Positions 27,265 to 37,514 of a DNA stretch of 64,000 bases are shown here, in pieces (position 1 is the first letter of the stretch; every line of letters starts with the position of its first letter). The notes under the pieces were generated by a model. The model was not told the origin of the DNA. It did not search any database and saw nothing but the letters and a program-made list of their open reading frames with translations. Source of the stretch: Eledone cirrhosa (lineage: Eukaryota); assembly GCA_964016885.1 (NCBI GenBank), contig OZ024741.1:346394001-346458000 (forward strand), written 5' to 3'. The position numbers were made by a program, and so were the translations under genes.

Positions 27265-29061
27265 CTACCTCTCCGTCTCCTGGGGACCAGGCTGCACAAT
27301 TTCCATGGGGGTGTTGGAGGGGTTCTTTGGTGGGGGGGTGGTTTGGGGTGTGGTGGGGACATCAGTGCGTGGTGGGGTTGGGGTGTTTGGTTGGGTGGGG
27401 GTCTCTGGGGTGGTGGTTTTGAAACATTTCAAAAAAACGCGGTTGGAGGGTCTAGTACAGGGATTCCCCACGTCCTCGGGAAAGTTTTGTTCGAGCATTG
27501 CGTAAGTGTCCCTTGGGACTCTAATCATTTTCAAATGCGGTTTATTCGCCGCGTTGGTGAACATTTTCCCTTCGGTTTCCACCGAAGGGTCTTTTTCTAT
27601 TGTTTGTACAAGTGTTTTATTGTTTGTGTTGATGTATGTATAATGTTTTTGTTGTGTTGTGTTTGTTTTAGTTTGTTGTTCTTGTGTGTGTTTGCGTTTT
27701 GTAGTATGTGTTATATTTTCGGGAGGGGTGGTTTTTGTTCGTGATGTTTGTTCTGTTTGTGCCGGTGGTTGTGTATTTGTTGTATTTTTGTTAATGTGGT
27801 GCCTTCTTTTCTTTCTTTTTACTGGTTGAAAGGGCTCTCCCTCGTCGTCACTGGGTGACGTTGATAATGGGTCCTCGTCCGTGTTGTTGGTGAGGGGTAT
27901 ATTTTGTGGTTTTGTTGTGGTTGCGGGTGCTTTTGTATTTGTTTTAAGTGGGGAGGGGTTGAGTGGGACAGTGTCTTGTGTTGTTACTTTTTCGTACTGT
28001 TGTGGTTGTTGTTGTTTGTGTAGTGGTGGTTTTGTTGTTGTGTTCGGGGTTGGCAGAAGAGCCTTTTTTTTGACTCGTTAATTGAGGACAGGCAGCTCTC
28101 AGGTGACCTCTGCTTAAGCAGTGGAAACATGACGGCCGCCTACCCTCAACTGAAATGTTTATATAGGTTAGCCCATCCAGAGGCACGCGTTGTGGGATTT
28201 TAGCTATTCGTTCTGGGCTCATTTGAACCAGAACTTCTACGCTGGTCCTACTAAATACACCTCTGGAGTACTTTCATACTGAGATTATCTGTCCTCATCA
28301 AAATCAATGAATCCACATAGTATCCACCAAATATTTACATTTGGTGTGATACTCATAATTTTTATTTTTTGTGTCCTTTTCCCCCTGTAACAGGTGAAAC
28401 GGGGGGGGGGTACACAATGGGTGATACAGCGTATTTTTGTGCCGTTGGCTGGTCATTCATTAGCACCGAAATGCTACCAAACAGTTTTCCTCTTTGGATG
28501 AAGGTTATGTCCTTCATTGCATCTTTTAGAACCAGCTCATTTCATTTAGTGATAATTGAGCTGGTTTTCTAGTTGCGTTTGATATTGTCCTGAAAGCCAC
28601 AGTTTTCAGGACAGTATCTCTACGTAATACTTGGGGAGAATTGATGCTATAAAAGCACCGTTTTGTCCAAAAGTTACATATTGTTTTGCATCTTGGAGTA
28701 GCAGTTTTGCGTTAGTGATGTCAATTGGAGTGTATAGTTCCTTTTTTTTTACAGTTTGTGCCAAGGATGTTTTGGTGTTGTTGTCTTTCTTGTTGTTGTT
28801 ATTGTTGTCACTGTTGTTGATGTTGTTCATATTTTCCTTGGTGTTGGTGTTGTTATTGTTGCAGTTGTTGGTTGTGGTGTTATTGTCATTGTTCTTGTTG
28901 TTGGTGCTGGTATTATTTCCCTGGTTTGGTTCCGTGGTTGCAATATTGACAACGTTTTTCGATAAGGCGAGGGGGGAAGGATGTAAGCCTACCTTCCTTC
29001 TACCACTTTTCTTAGTGGGCGTGACATTCACTACAGCGTGAAAGGTTGAAATGGCATCCAT
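27265..29061 (-). pseudogene. Tx1 ORF1 with CCHC knuckle; frameshifted
   Basis: YTPIDIT (copy A has YTPIDLT), EGRRPSCFHCLSRGHLRAAC, HLKMIRVP (copy A has HLKMIKVP). Confidence 0.85.
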
Positions 29062-29372
29062 TACTAACTAACAAGTCTACACAAATTTTTCAGTTGAAAA
29101 TTTCGCCCCAAAAAGGGGCGAAAATTAGTTAACCCAAAGTCTGAAGGCCCAGACGAGGGGTTAAACTAAACAATAATAACAAATTCAACAATAAACTCAC
29201 AGTTTTTTGTACAATAATCCGTAAAAAATCCGGAGCGAAGTAATACACGTCTACCAATCAGGAAGATAGATAGATATATATCTAGTCAGATACAAGGCAA
29301 TTAGATAGATGTTTATTTATTGTCAGAATATATGGAGGACAGTGTTCTGACCATTGGCCGTCGCATATCTCC

Positions 29373-29375
29373 GTG

Positions 29376-29439
<64 letters not shown>

Positions 29440-29490
29440 ATAGAGAGAGAGAGTGTGTGTGTGTGTGTGAGAGAGAGAGAGTGTGTGTGC

Positions 29491-29522
<32 letters not shown>

Positions 29523-29636
29523 AAGTGTGTGTGTGTGTGTGTGGTGCTTAGAGCGGAATATATCTAACAAACATACCTCGAAGTAGTTGTCATAGACTCT
29601 AGTTTTTATTATACACACACAAACATACCCCCCCCC

Positions 29637-29667
<31 letters not shown>

Positions 29668-29751
29668 TACATATATATATACATATATATACATACATAT
29701 ATATATATATGTACATATTATATATATATATATATATATGTATATATCTTT

Positions 29752-29815
<64 letters not shown>

Positions 29816-29895
29816 TTATATATACATATATATATGTATATATCTTAATATATATATCTTCATATATATATATATCTTTATATATATATATATAA
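29373..29895. repeat. Compound (TG)n/(AG)n and (TA)n microsatellites
   Basis: Directly visible. Confidence 0.95.
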
Positions 29896-30142
29896 ATACC
29901 ATACATAAGTATATTGCACTATGTGTGTGACTGTCTTTGAGAACCTTCCATAAGGGTGGGGAAGTAAATGTGTGTTTTTATATCTAATGGAAAAACAAGA
30001 AAATAAGAAATATTTCTAAATAATGTTTCTTTTAAATATTGAAAATGAAAGAATGATGGCTAAACCAAATATACCTCTTTCTCACCAAAACCAATATTAT
30101 CACCATGACTACGACTGCCACTTCGACCATAACACTACCGCA

Positions 30143-30150
30143 ATCATCAT

Positions 30151-30196
<46 letters not shown>

Positions 30197-30231
30197 TCCA
30201 TCATCACCATCATCACCATCATCACCATCAT
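30143..30231. repeat. (ATC)n microsatellite
   Basis: Directly visible. Confidence 0.95.
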
Positions 30232-31220
30232 GTCTTCATTGCCATTATATCTATCAACAGCCGCTCAATAAGAAGTACAGTCTATTATATATTGTGTTGG
30301 AGTTTGATTGTTTATTTATGAATCATTTGTATATGAATGCCTGGATGTGTTGCATTTATGTGTGCGTGTGTGTGTGTGTATGTGTTTGTTTATTTATATG
30401 CAAGCATTTCTTTCTTTAATTGTATTTCTTTTCATACTTTGTAGGGCTTTTGAAAGGTTTCCATTAGATAAAATTTTTGAAAGACGGAACTAATGTGAAA
30501 TCGTAAATACAATTTAAAGACAAAAAAATCTTTACTGCTGTCGACAAAAAATTCCTTTCAAAACGAATTGGTTTTACCATTCGTTGGTCTCCCAATATTT
30601 CTATTGCTGCATTACTTTCCTTATCTATCATCATTGTTTGCATATATTATAGGTTAGTGCGTTTCTCTGGTGTGAAAGACTTGCTGATTTCCATAGATGT
30701 GTGTTCAACTTGGTTAACGGAAATGACTACACATAGAATTATAACAAAAGTGGCTGCTTATCACACTCACATTTCTACACCTATAATGCCCTTCAAAAAT
30801 ATTAGTATAACCTTTTTGAGGTGCTATTAAATCGCAAGTATAATTTAGTCAACGGACTTTTTCAATGTTTCTACCTTCCCAATATTCATTATATGATTAC
30901 AATTAACAAACGGCATCAAATGAAATTGCTACTCGGTGGAATCCAACCATAAAGTATAGGTTTGAGAAAAGATAATTTTCATCATATGCTCAAGAGCCTA
31001 TTTAAAATCAACAAAATATTGTTAAACTATCTGTAGAGTCAGCTGTTTCTATCTTCGCGCGGAGGTTTTGACATGTCTTTATTAATATCCTACATAGCTG
31101 CCATCATTTCGTTTTGTCTAGCCATATGTACCGGAAATAAATAAAAGTCAACACTTCACGTCTAAAAGCAATATTTACTAATAGTAGATGCTGGTTTGTT
31201 TCTTCACATAATAAATAATT

Positions 31221-31403
31221 GTTTCTAGTTTTGGCACAAGGCCAGCAATTATCCCAGTGTATTACTGGTACTTTATTTTATCGACCCCGTAAGGATGAAA
31301 GGCAAAGTTAACCACGGCGGGATTTGAACTCAGACCATAAGGGGCCGTAACTCTTTGCTGCAAAGCATGGCGTCCGACCCTCTACCGATACTGCCAATCC
31401 ACC
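31221..31403 (-). mobile_element. tRNA-derived SINE (same family as 20675-20881)
   Basis: TGGCAGTATCGG, GAGTTCAAATCCC, ttgcctttcatccttacggggtcgataaaataaagtaccag. Confidence 0.82.
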
Positions 31404-31814
31404 GAACTGGAAATATATGAAGGGACCTCACGGTATCAGTTGTAATGCTGTCAGTTCAGTAATCATAAAAATAAAATAACGGAGGAAGACAGAAAATAGG
31501 CCAATATTCTATCTAAACAAATATGAACTGAAACAAACTTAAAATAAGAGGGATGAATTTTATTGAATCTGAAAATGATTGAAATAATATGAGTTAAATG
31601 GACGTGCGCAGATGATTATTACACCGATAGAAAAGTAGTGAAAGGAATTCTAAAGAATATTAAAAAGGAATGACGTATATAAAGAATTAAATAAAACATG
31701 TAACTAAACGAATACAAAAGTAAATAGCTCGATAAATAATGCATTGAAAGTAAGACAGTGGCTGGAAATTTGTAAATGTTTAAAAATAGCATGCTATAAT
31801 TATTTGTTGTATGA

Positions 31815-32242
31815 AGGGCGGCGCATTGTTAGTATCTGTAGAGTGGCAGACACCAATCTCCGTAGCGTACTGTTACCGTCCTTTACGTTCTGATTTCCAA
31901 TCTCGCCGTAGTTAGCATTGCTTTTCGTTCTTACGGGGTTGATAAACTAAAGTTCCAGTAAGCATTCGGTTCAATTTAATCGACTTTCCCCTCACCTTCA
32001 AATTGCTGGTCTTGTGCCTAAAGTAGAAACAAAGGCGGTGCATTGGTATTTCTGAGGAGTGTCGATCAACATGCTTTGCGACATATAGCCACGGGAATTT
32101 ACATTCCCAGTTCAAATACCGCTGAGATTAACTTTGCCTTTCATCCTTACGGGATCAACAAACTAAAGTACCAGTTACACAATGGTGGTCGAATCTTACC
32201 TTTTCCATCAAATTGCTTGTCTTGTGCCTAAAGTAGGAACAA
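31815..32242 (+). mobile_element. Two head-to-tail copies of the tRNA-derived SINE
   Basis: Both begin ggcgg.gcattg and end cttgtgcctaaagtag.aacaa. Junction at about 32032. Confidence 0.75.
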
Positions 32243-32664
32243 TTATTTGTTGTATCGAATCTTTATAAATTATTTCTCTAATTATTCAATCATCAAATGT
32301 GTTTGGGAATCTCAGTTTATTGTTTAAGTGAAAAGAAAACAATTTGAATAACCTATAATAGCATAAGCATAAAAACAAATAACGAAACGAAATTAAATTT
32401 CGTTTCGTTTGTAACTCACTTTTGTATGACTGACGCTTAAACAATTAAGTTAAAGATGTACATCCATATATGTATACTGAAATACTAGTATGTATATGAA
32501 TACACACACGTATACATATGTAGGTGTACCAAGTTTTTTCACTGGTCACTTTACTGTGAGTGGCCAGCTATTCTGTATGTAAACACACAGACAAACCGGT
32601 TTTTAGAGTCATACTGGTTTTTGAGGAAACACCTCTCCTCTATTCTCCAGAAAGCCAGACAAGG

Positions 32665-32709
32665 AATATTGAACTAGTTTCGTTGTTGTTACAACTCATC
32701 AGCAATATT
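32665..32709 (-). ncRNA. Minimal type I hammerhead ribozyme (inverted arm)
   Basis: AATATTG-CTGATGA-GTTGT-aaca-ACAAC-GAAA-CTAG-TT/CAATATT. Confidence 0.9.
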
Positions 32710-32888
32710 TACCTATCTTCCGGCCTCTCTAGAGAATCGTAAAAGCACATATCGTTATATGCTTTTTCTATGAAAATTAGTAGTGGGCAGACTCTATGCA
32801 AATTAGTCTGCCCACTACTAATTTTCATAGAAAAAGCATATAACGATATGTGCTTTTACGATTCTCTAGAGAGGCCGGAAGATAGGTA

Positions 32889-32933
32889 AATATTGCTGAT
32901 GAGTTGTAACAACAACGAAACTAGTTCAATATT
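32889..32933 (+). ncRNA. Minimal type I hammerhead ribozyme, predicted cut after 32926
   Basis: 7-bp stem I, perfect core, 5-bp stem II, palindromic stem III (ACTAGT), GUU triplet. Confidence 0.9.
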
Positions 32934-33355
32934 CCTTGTCTGGCTTTCTGGAGAATAGAGGAGAGGTGTTTCCTCAAAAACCAGTATGACTCTAAAAACC
33001 GGTTTGTCTGTGTGTTTACATACAGAATAGCTGGCCACTCACAGTAAAGTGACCAGTGAAAAAACTTGGTACACCTACATATGTATACGTGTGTGTATTC
33101 ATATACATACTAGTATTTCAGTATACATATATGGATGTACATCTTTAACTTAATTGTTTAAGCGTCAGTCATACAAAAGTGAGTTACAAACGAAACGAAA
33201 TTTAATTTCGTTTCGTTATTTGTTTTTATCGTCTCCGTTGAACCGGTACTTACTCACACTCTATGCAAATTAGTCTGCCCACTACTAATTTTCATAGAAA
33301 AAGCATATAACGATATGTGCTTTTACGATTCTCTAGAGAGGCCGGAAGATAGGTA

Positions 33356-33400
33356 AATATTGCTGATGAGTTGTAACAACAACGAAACTAGTTCAATATT
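33356..33400 (+). ncRNA. Minimal type I hammerhead ribozyme, predicted cut after 33393
   Basis: Identical to 32889-32933, 467 nt downstream. Confidence 0.9.
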
Positions 33401-33855
33401 CCTTGTCTGGCTTTCTGGAGAATAGAGGAGAGGTGTTTCCTCAAAAACCAGTATGACTCTAAAAACCGGTTTGTCTGTGTGTTTACATACAGAATAGCTG
33501 GCCACTCACAGTAAAGTGACCAGTGAAAAAACTTGGTACACCTACATATGTATACGTGTGTGTATTCATATACATACTAGTATTTCAGTATACATATATG
33601 GATGTACATCTTTAACTTAATTGTTTAAGCATAAGCATAATTCTAAGAAAATTTCTGACAGGAATCGTGATAGGAAAGCTCCCGAAAAAAGAGACTCATT
33701 CAGCACCTTGTCATATTATTTTACGAGATTCACAATTGCCAATATTTATATTGACATAGTCATAATTTATATACGCAACGTATTAATGTGGCAAACTGAA
33801 GGATCTTTACACAAGCCATTACTTCTCTCATAAGTATACTCAATCTGTACTTTTT

Positions 33856-33996
33856 AGTAGTAGTAGCAGCAGCAGCAGCAGCAGCAGCAACAGCAGTAGT
33901 AGTTGTAGTAGTAGTAGTAGTAGTAGTAGTAGTAACAGCAGCAGCAGAAGTGGTTTTGTGTTTTTGGTGGTAGTAATAGAGATAGTTGAGGCAGTT

Positions 33997-34030
<34 letters not shown>
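33856..34030. repeat. Compound (AGT)n/(AGC)n/(TTA)n microsatellite
   Basis: Directly visible. The (TTA)n part is the tail or target of the Dong element. Confidence 0.93.
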
Positions 34031-34031
<1 letters not shown>

Positions 34032-37000
34032 GTTGCATTTATCTTGCTTTATGTTCATACGAGTTATCACCAAGTCACAACCAGTGACCTCAAGAGACAA
34101 CAAGGTCCGCCATGTTCAAGAAAGAACATACATATTCACACATGCATCTTTAGTGTTTAGACTTGTGATGTACTTATATTGACAGAATCTTCCTTAGTAT
34201 ATAGGCAGTTCCCATTAGTACTATCTTTTGTATTTCTCCTATACGCGGGTTTCCTGGGATTTGCGATAAGTAATCATTAGACCCCTTAGGTATCATTCCC
34301 AGAGCGCCTACAACCACTGGTATTGTTTTAGTTCTCAATTTCCACATTTTTCCAATTTCTATCTCCAGGTCCTTATACTTGCTCAATTTTTCAAATGTTT
34401 TTATAGATACATTCTTGTCTATTGGAACAGACATATCAATTAGCAGGCATATCCTCTTTTGAAAGTCCTTCAATATTATATCAGGTCTATTTGCATCTAT
34501 TTTTCGGTCTGTTTGGATGCTAAAGTTCCACAAGATTGAGATGTGATCTTTTTCAAGTATGGGAGGTGGTTGATGCTCCCACCAATTCTTTTGATGGGGC
34601 AGGTCAAAATGCTTACACAAAATCCAATGTATGTATTGTGCAGCTCTTTCATGCCTGTTTAGGTATTCGGTTGGAGCTATAGGACTGCACATTGAAATTA
34701 TATGGTCAATGGTCTCTGGTTGTTTTTTGCATACACGGCATAATGGGCTGCATCCATTTTTTATTATGTTGGCTTGGTAATTTGTTGTTGGCAGACATTG
34801 ATATTGTGCTGATATAATCAGTCCTTCAGTCTCTGATTTCAGTCCAGAGGATGCCAACCACTGATGAGTTAAAGTTTTGTCAACATCAGGAATGTTAGCT
34901 CGCTCTGGGTATTTTCCATACAGAGGCTTTTCTTGCCATTTCTTAGCCAGTTTCTGTAGCAGTTCTTTCTTTGCAGTTACTTTTACCTGCTTTGCTTTTT
35001 CTGTGTTTTCCATTTCAGCAGTAAATGGGACTTCTGAAATTTGTAGTCCATTACTGTATCTTTGTGCATCTTTTGTAATGGAATATGATCTTTTGATGCT
35101 TTCGTGTTTCAAAACGAGTTTGATCATCCAATCATGTGATTCCCTTAGATATGTAGATAATCCAATTGTTGCAGTTTTCAACGCAATGTCTAACTGGATT
35201 AACCCACGTCCTCCTTCTTTCCTAGGGAGATATATTCTATCTATATCTGCCTTAGGGTGATGCATTCTGTGCATGGTTAAGAATTTTCGAATTTTTGTAT
35301 CGAGCCTACGGATCTCTGTGCTTGACCAGTTGATGACATTGTAACTGTATGTTACTACTGGTATGGCAAGCGTTTTTATGGCATCGATCCTATTCCTTGC
35401 ATTCAATTCCGTTCTTAAGATTGCTCTTATTCTGCGGTAACATTCCTTCCTTATCCTTTCCCTCATTGTCGAGTGCTTGATTCCGTCTCCTTCACAAACA
35501 CCTAGATATTTATAAGTTTTTTCTTGATCAAGTTCTCTTATCACGTTCCCCCGATCAAGATTAATGTCTGAACTCTTCAGCAGCTTTCCTCTGGTGAACG
35601 TTGCTTTGGCGCATTTATCTAGTCCAAACTCCATTTTAATGTCATCACTGAACTGCTCCACAGTGGATAATAGCCCTTGCAATTGTTCATCATTTTTTGC
35701 AAATAGTTTCAGGTCATCCATGTAGAACAGGTGATTAATGGTTTTATCATAGACTTTATATCCATGTTTTGTTTCATTGAGCATTTTACTTAATGGTATA
35801 AGTGCGATGCAGAATAAAAGCGGTAATAAAGAGTCACCCTGAAAAATTCCACAATTAATATTAACTTCTCCAGCTTCCAGTGATTTTGTTTCACTATCCC
35901 AAAGGAATGTCGTTTTCCATGTCTTCATACTGAATGACAAAAACCTCCTGACAACGGGGGATATTTTGAAAATCTCTAAACATTTTTCAATCCAACTGTG
36001 TGGCAAACTATCGAATGCTTTTTTATAATCTATCCAAGCAATCGACAGATTTTTGTGTCTATTATGACAATCTTCCAGTATCATTTTGTTAACCAGAAGC
36101 TGATCCTTACAGCCATATGAGCCTCGTTTACAGCCTTTCTGCTCAATGGGAAATAGGTCATTTGTTATCAGGTGGTCATATGTGTATTCAGTTAGGACTG
36201 ATGTTAAAATTTTATACATTGTGGTCAAGCAAGTTATCGGTCTGTAATTTTTAGGATTGTTTGTCTCATCATTCTTCAGAAGCAGGAATGTAATGCCGTT
36301 AACTAGCCATGATGGTATCTTTTCTGGCTCCTTTACTATTTCATTGTAAAGTTGGGCTAACAGCTCATGAGACTCTGTGAAGGCATTTATCCAAAAGTTT
36401 TGTATTTTGTCTTTTCCTGGGGATTTCCATTTGCTGGTTTTTCTTAGAGCCAAGCGCAACTGTTCAACTGTTATATTTTCCCATATTTGTTCCTCAAGGT
36501 GAGCCTGTTTCTTTCATTTGTCTGTCTATCCATGGGCATGTATGTTATGAACTTTTTCTTCGGCCCAGATCTTTTCCCAGAATTCTTGCACTTCCTCCTT
36601 GGGTGGTATTGATTTAGCACTTATTGTTGACTTACCAATTTTTCTGTAGAAGTTTCTTTGGTTGTTTTTGAACATATTATTGTCCTTATAGAATCTAGAT
36701 CGTTTTTCAAAGCGCCTTATACGAGCAGCTTTGGCCGACACTTTTTGCTTGATTATTTCTATCAGCATGTCTATGTCACATGTTGATTTTATACTGTACT
36801 TTTTTTTCAATTTTCTAAGTTTAGTTTGTTTAACATGTTCACCTACTTTATAGTTTGTTAAAAGTTCTATGTCAGATCGGAGAAGGTTTATTTGGCGATT
36901 GATGTTTTCTTGCCAAGTAGATTTCTTGTGGGAATTCCTTTGTTTTTTCATCCTCACTCCACATAAGTGAGTGGTGACTTTAGCCGATGCATAATAGAGA

Positions 37001-37514
37001 TGATTTAAATCAGTAATGTTTAGTTTGTCTGTGATGATAATGTTTTTGAGAATTATGTTAGTCTTGTGTATTATCTTTTGGTTCTGTTTGGAGTTCTGGA
37101 TCTTAGGGAGGGTGTCTCGTTGCCCCATGTCAGATTCTTTCATTTTCATCCATTCGATCATAATTTCATCCTTCAAGTTGGCAAGTTCATTCTCATTCAT
37201 TTCTTTATCATTTACGATCTCATTATTTTCATTTGGAGTTTCATCCTGAGCATGCACTCCCTCCACTTTTTCGATCCTTTCTTTAATTTGTTCTGTTGCC
37301 ACTGATTCCGCCCCAACCCTGGGATTTAAGTGTTACAGTTTACCTCGTTTTCACTGACACATGTTTCATTTTCCCTTCGCTGACTTTGTACTAATAGCTT
37401 GATCTGATCAATTTCTATATCAGTTAGTAACTTTTTTCTTACAATATTTCTTCGTATATTGGCTAGTTTGTTACTGTCAATATAGCCTCTGTTTTCGGGA
37501 TGTTTCTTTTTCCA
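34030..37514 (-). mobile_element. R4/Dong-clade non-LTR retrotransposon, 5' truncated, with (TAA)n tail
   Basis: Single-ORF layout RT, CCHC, restriction-like endonuclease. The 3' end runs into (TAA)n, the known Dong target. Confidence 0.92.
34174..36459 (-). CDS. Dong/R4 polyprotein C-terminal part: RT, zinc knuckle, PD-(D/E)xK endonuclease (761 aa open)
   Basis: WKSPGKD, NYRPITCL, IDYKKAFDS, GIFQGDSL, YMDDLKLFAK, YKYLG, GGRGL, CRVC..ETIDHIISMC, RPDIILKD..LLIDMSVP..EKLSKY. Upstream parts (36526-37302, 37326-37514) are frameshifted. Confidence 0.93.
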   Translation of the reverse strand: MRLALRKTSKWKSPGKDKIQNFWINAFTESHELLAQLYNEIVKEPEKIPSWLVNGITFLLLKNDETNNPKNYRPITCLTTMYKILTSVLTEYTYDHLITNDLFPIEQKGCKRGSYGCKDQLLVNKMILEDCHNRHKNLSIAWIDYKKAFDSLPHSWIEKCLEIFKISPVVRRFLSFSMKTWKTTFLWDSETKSLEAGEVNINCGIFQGDSLLPLLFCIALIPLSKMLNETKHGYKVYDKTINHLFYMDDLKLFAKNDEQLQGLLSTVEQFSDDIKMEFGLDKCAKATFTRGKLLKSSDINLDRGNVIRELDQEKTYKYLGVCEGDGIKHSTMRERIRKECYRRIRAILRTELNARNRIDAIKTLAIPVVTYSYNVINWSSTEIRRLDTKIRKFLTMHRMHHPKADIDRIYLPRKEGGRGLIQLDIALKTATIGLSTYLRESHDWMIKLVLKHESIKRSYSITKDAQRYSNGLQISEVPFTAEMENTEKAKQVKVTAKKELLQKLAKKWQEKPLYGKYPERANIPDVDKTLTHQWLASSGLKSETEGLIISAQYQCLPTTNYQANIIKNGCSPLCRVCKKQPETIDHIISMCSPIAPTEYLNRHERAAQYIHWILCKHFDLPHQKNWWEHQPPPILEKDHISILWNFSIQTDRKIDANRPDIILKDFQKRICLLIDMSVPIDKNVSIKTFEKLSKYKDLEIEIGKMWKLRTKTIPVVVGALGMIPKGSNDYLSQIPGNPRIGEIQKIVLMGTAYILRKILSI

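Larger units (their letters stand above)
23601..29263 (-). mobile_element. L1/Tx1-clade LINE, copy B (full length, decayed), flanked by (GATA)n on both sides
   Basis: ORF1 and ORF2 fragments in order; AATAAA at the 3' end. Confidence 0.93.
32360..33640 (+). mobile_element. Young hammerhead retrozyme-like insertion: 425-bp inverted arm plus about 1.8 tandem copies of a 467-bp unit, 13-bp TSD
   Basis: 32369-32793 is the reverse complement of 32805-33229 (11-bp spacer). actctatgcaaattagtctg occurs at 32791 and 33258. AGCATAAGCATAA occurs at 32360-32372 and 33628-33640. Confidence 0.92.

Noticed and set aside
32560-33505. Three identical 60-aa ORFs (MASYSVCK...) as a small gene family
   Set aside because: They start with GTG, are antisense to the hammerhead, have no recognisable motif, and are a by-product of the repeat structure.
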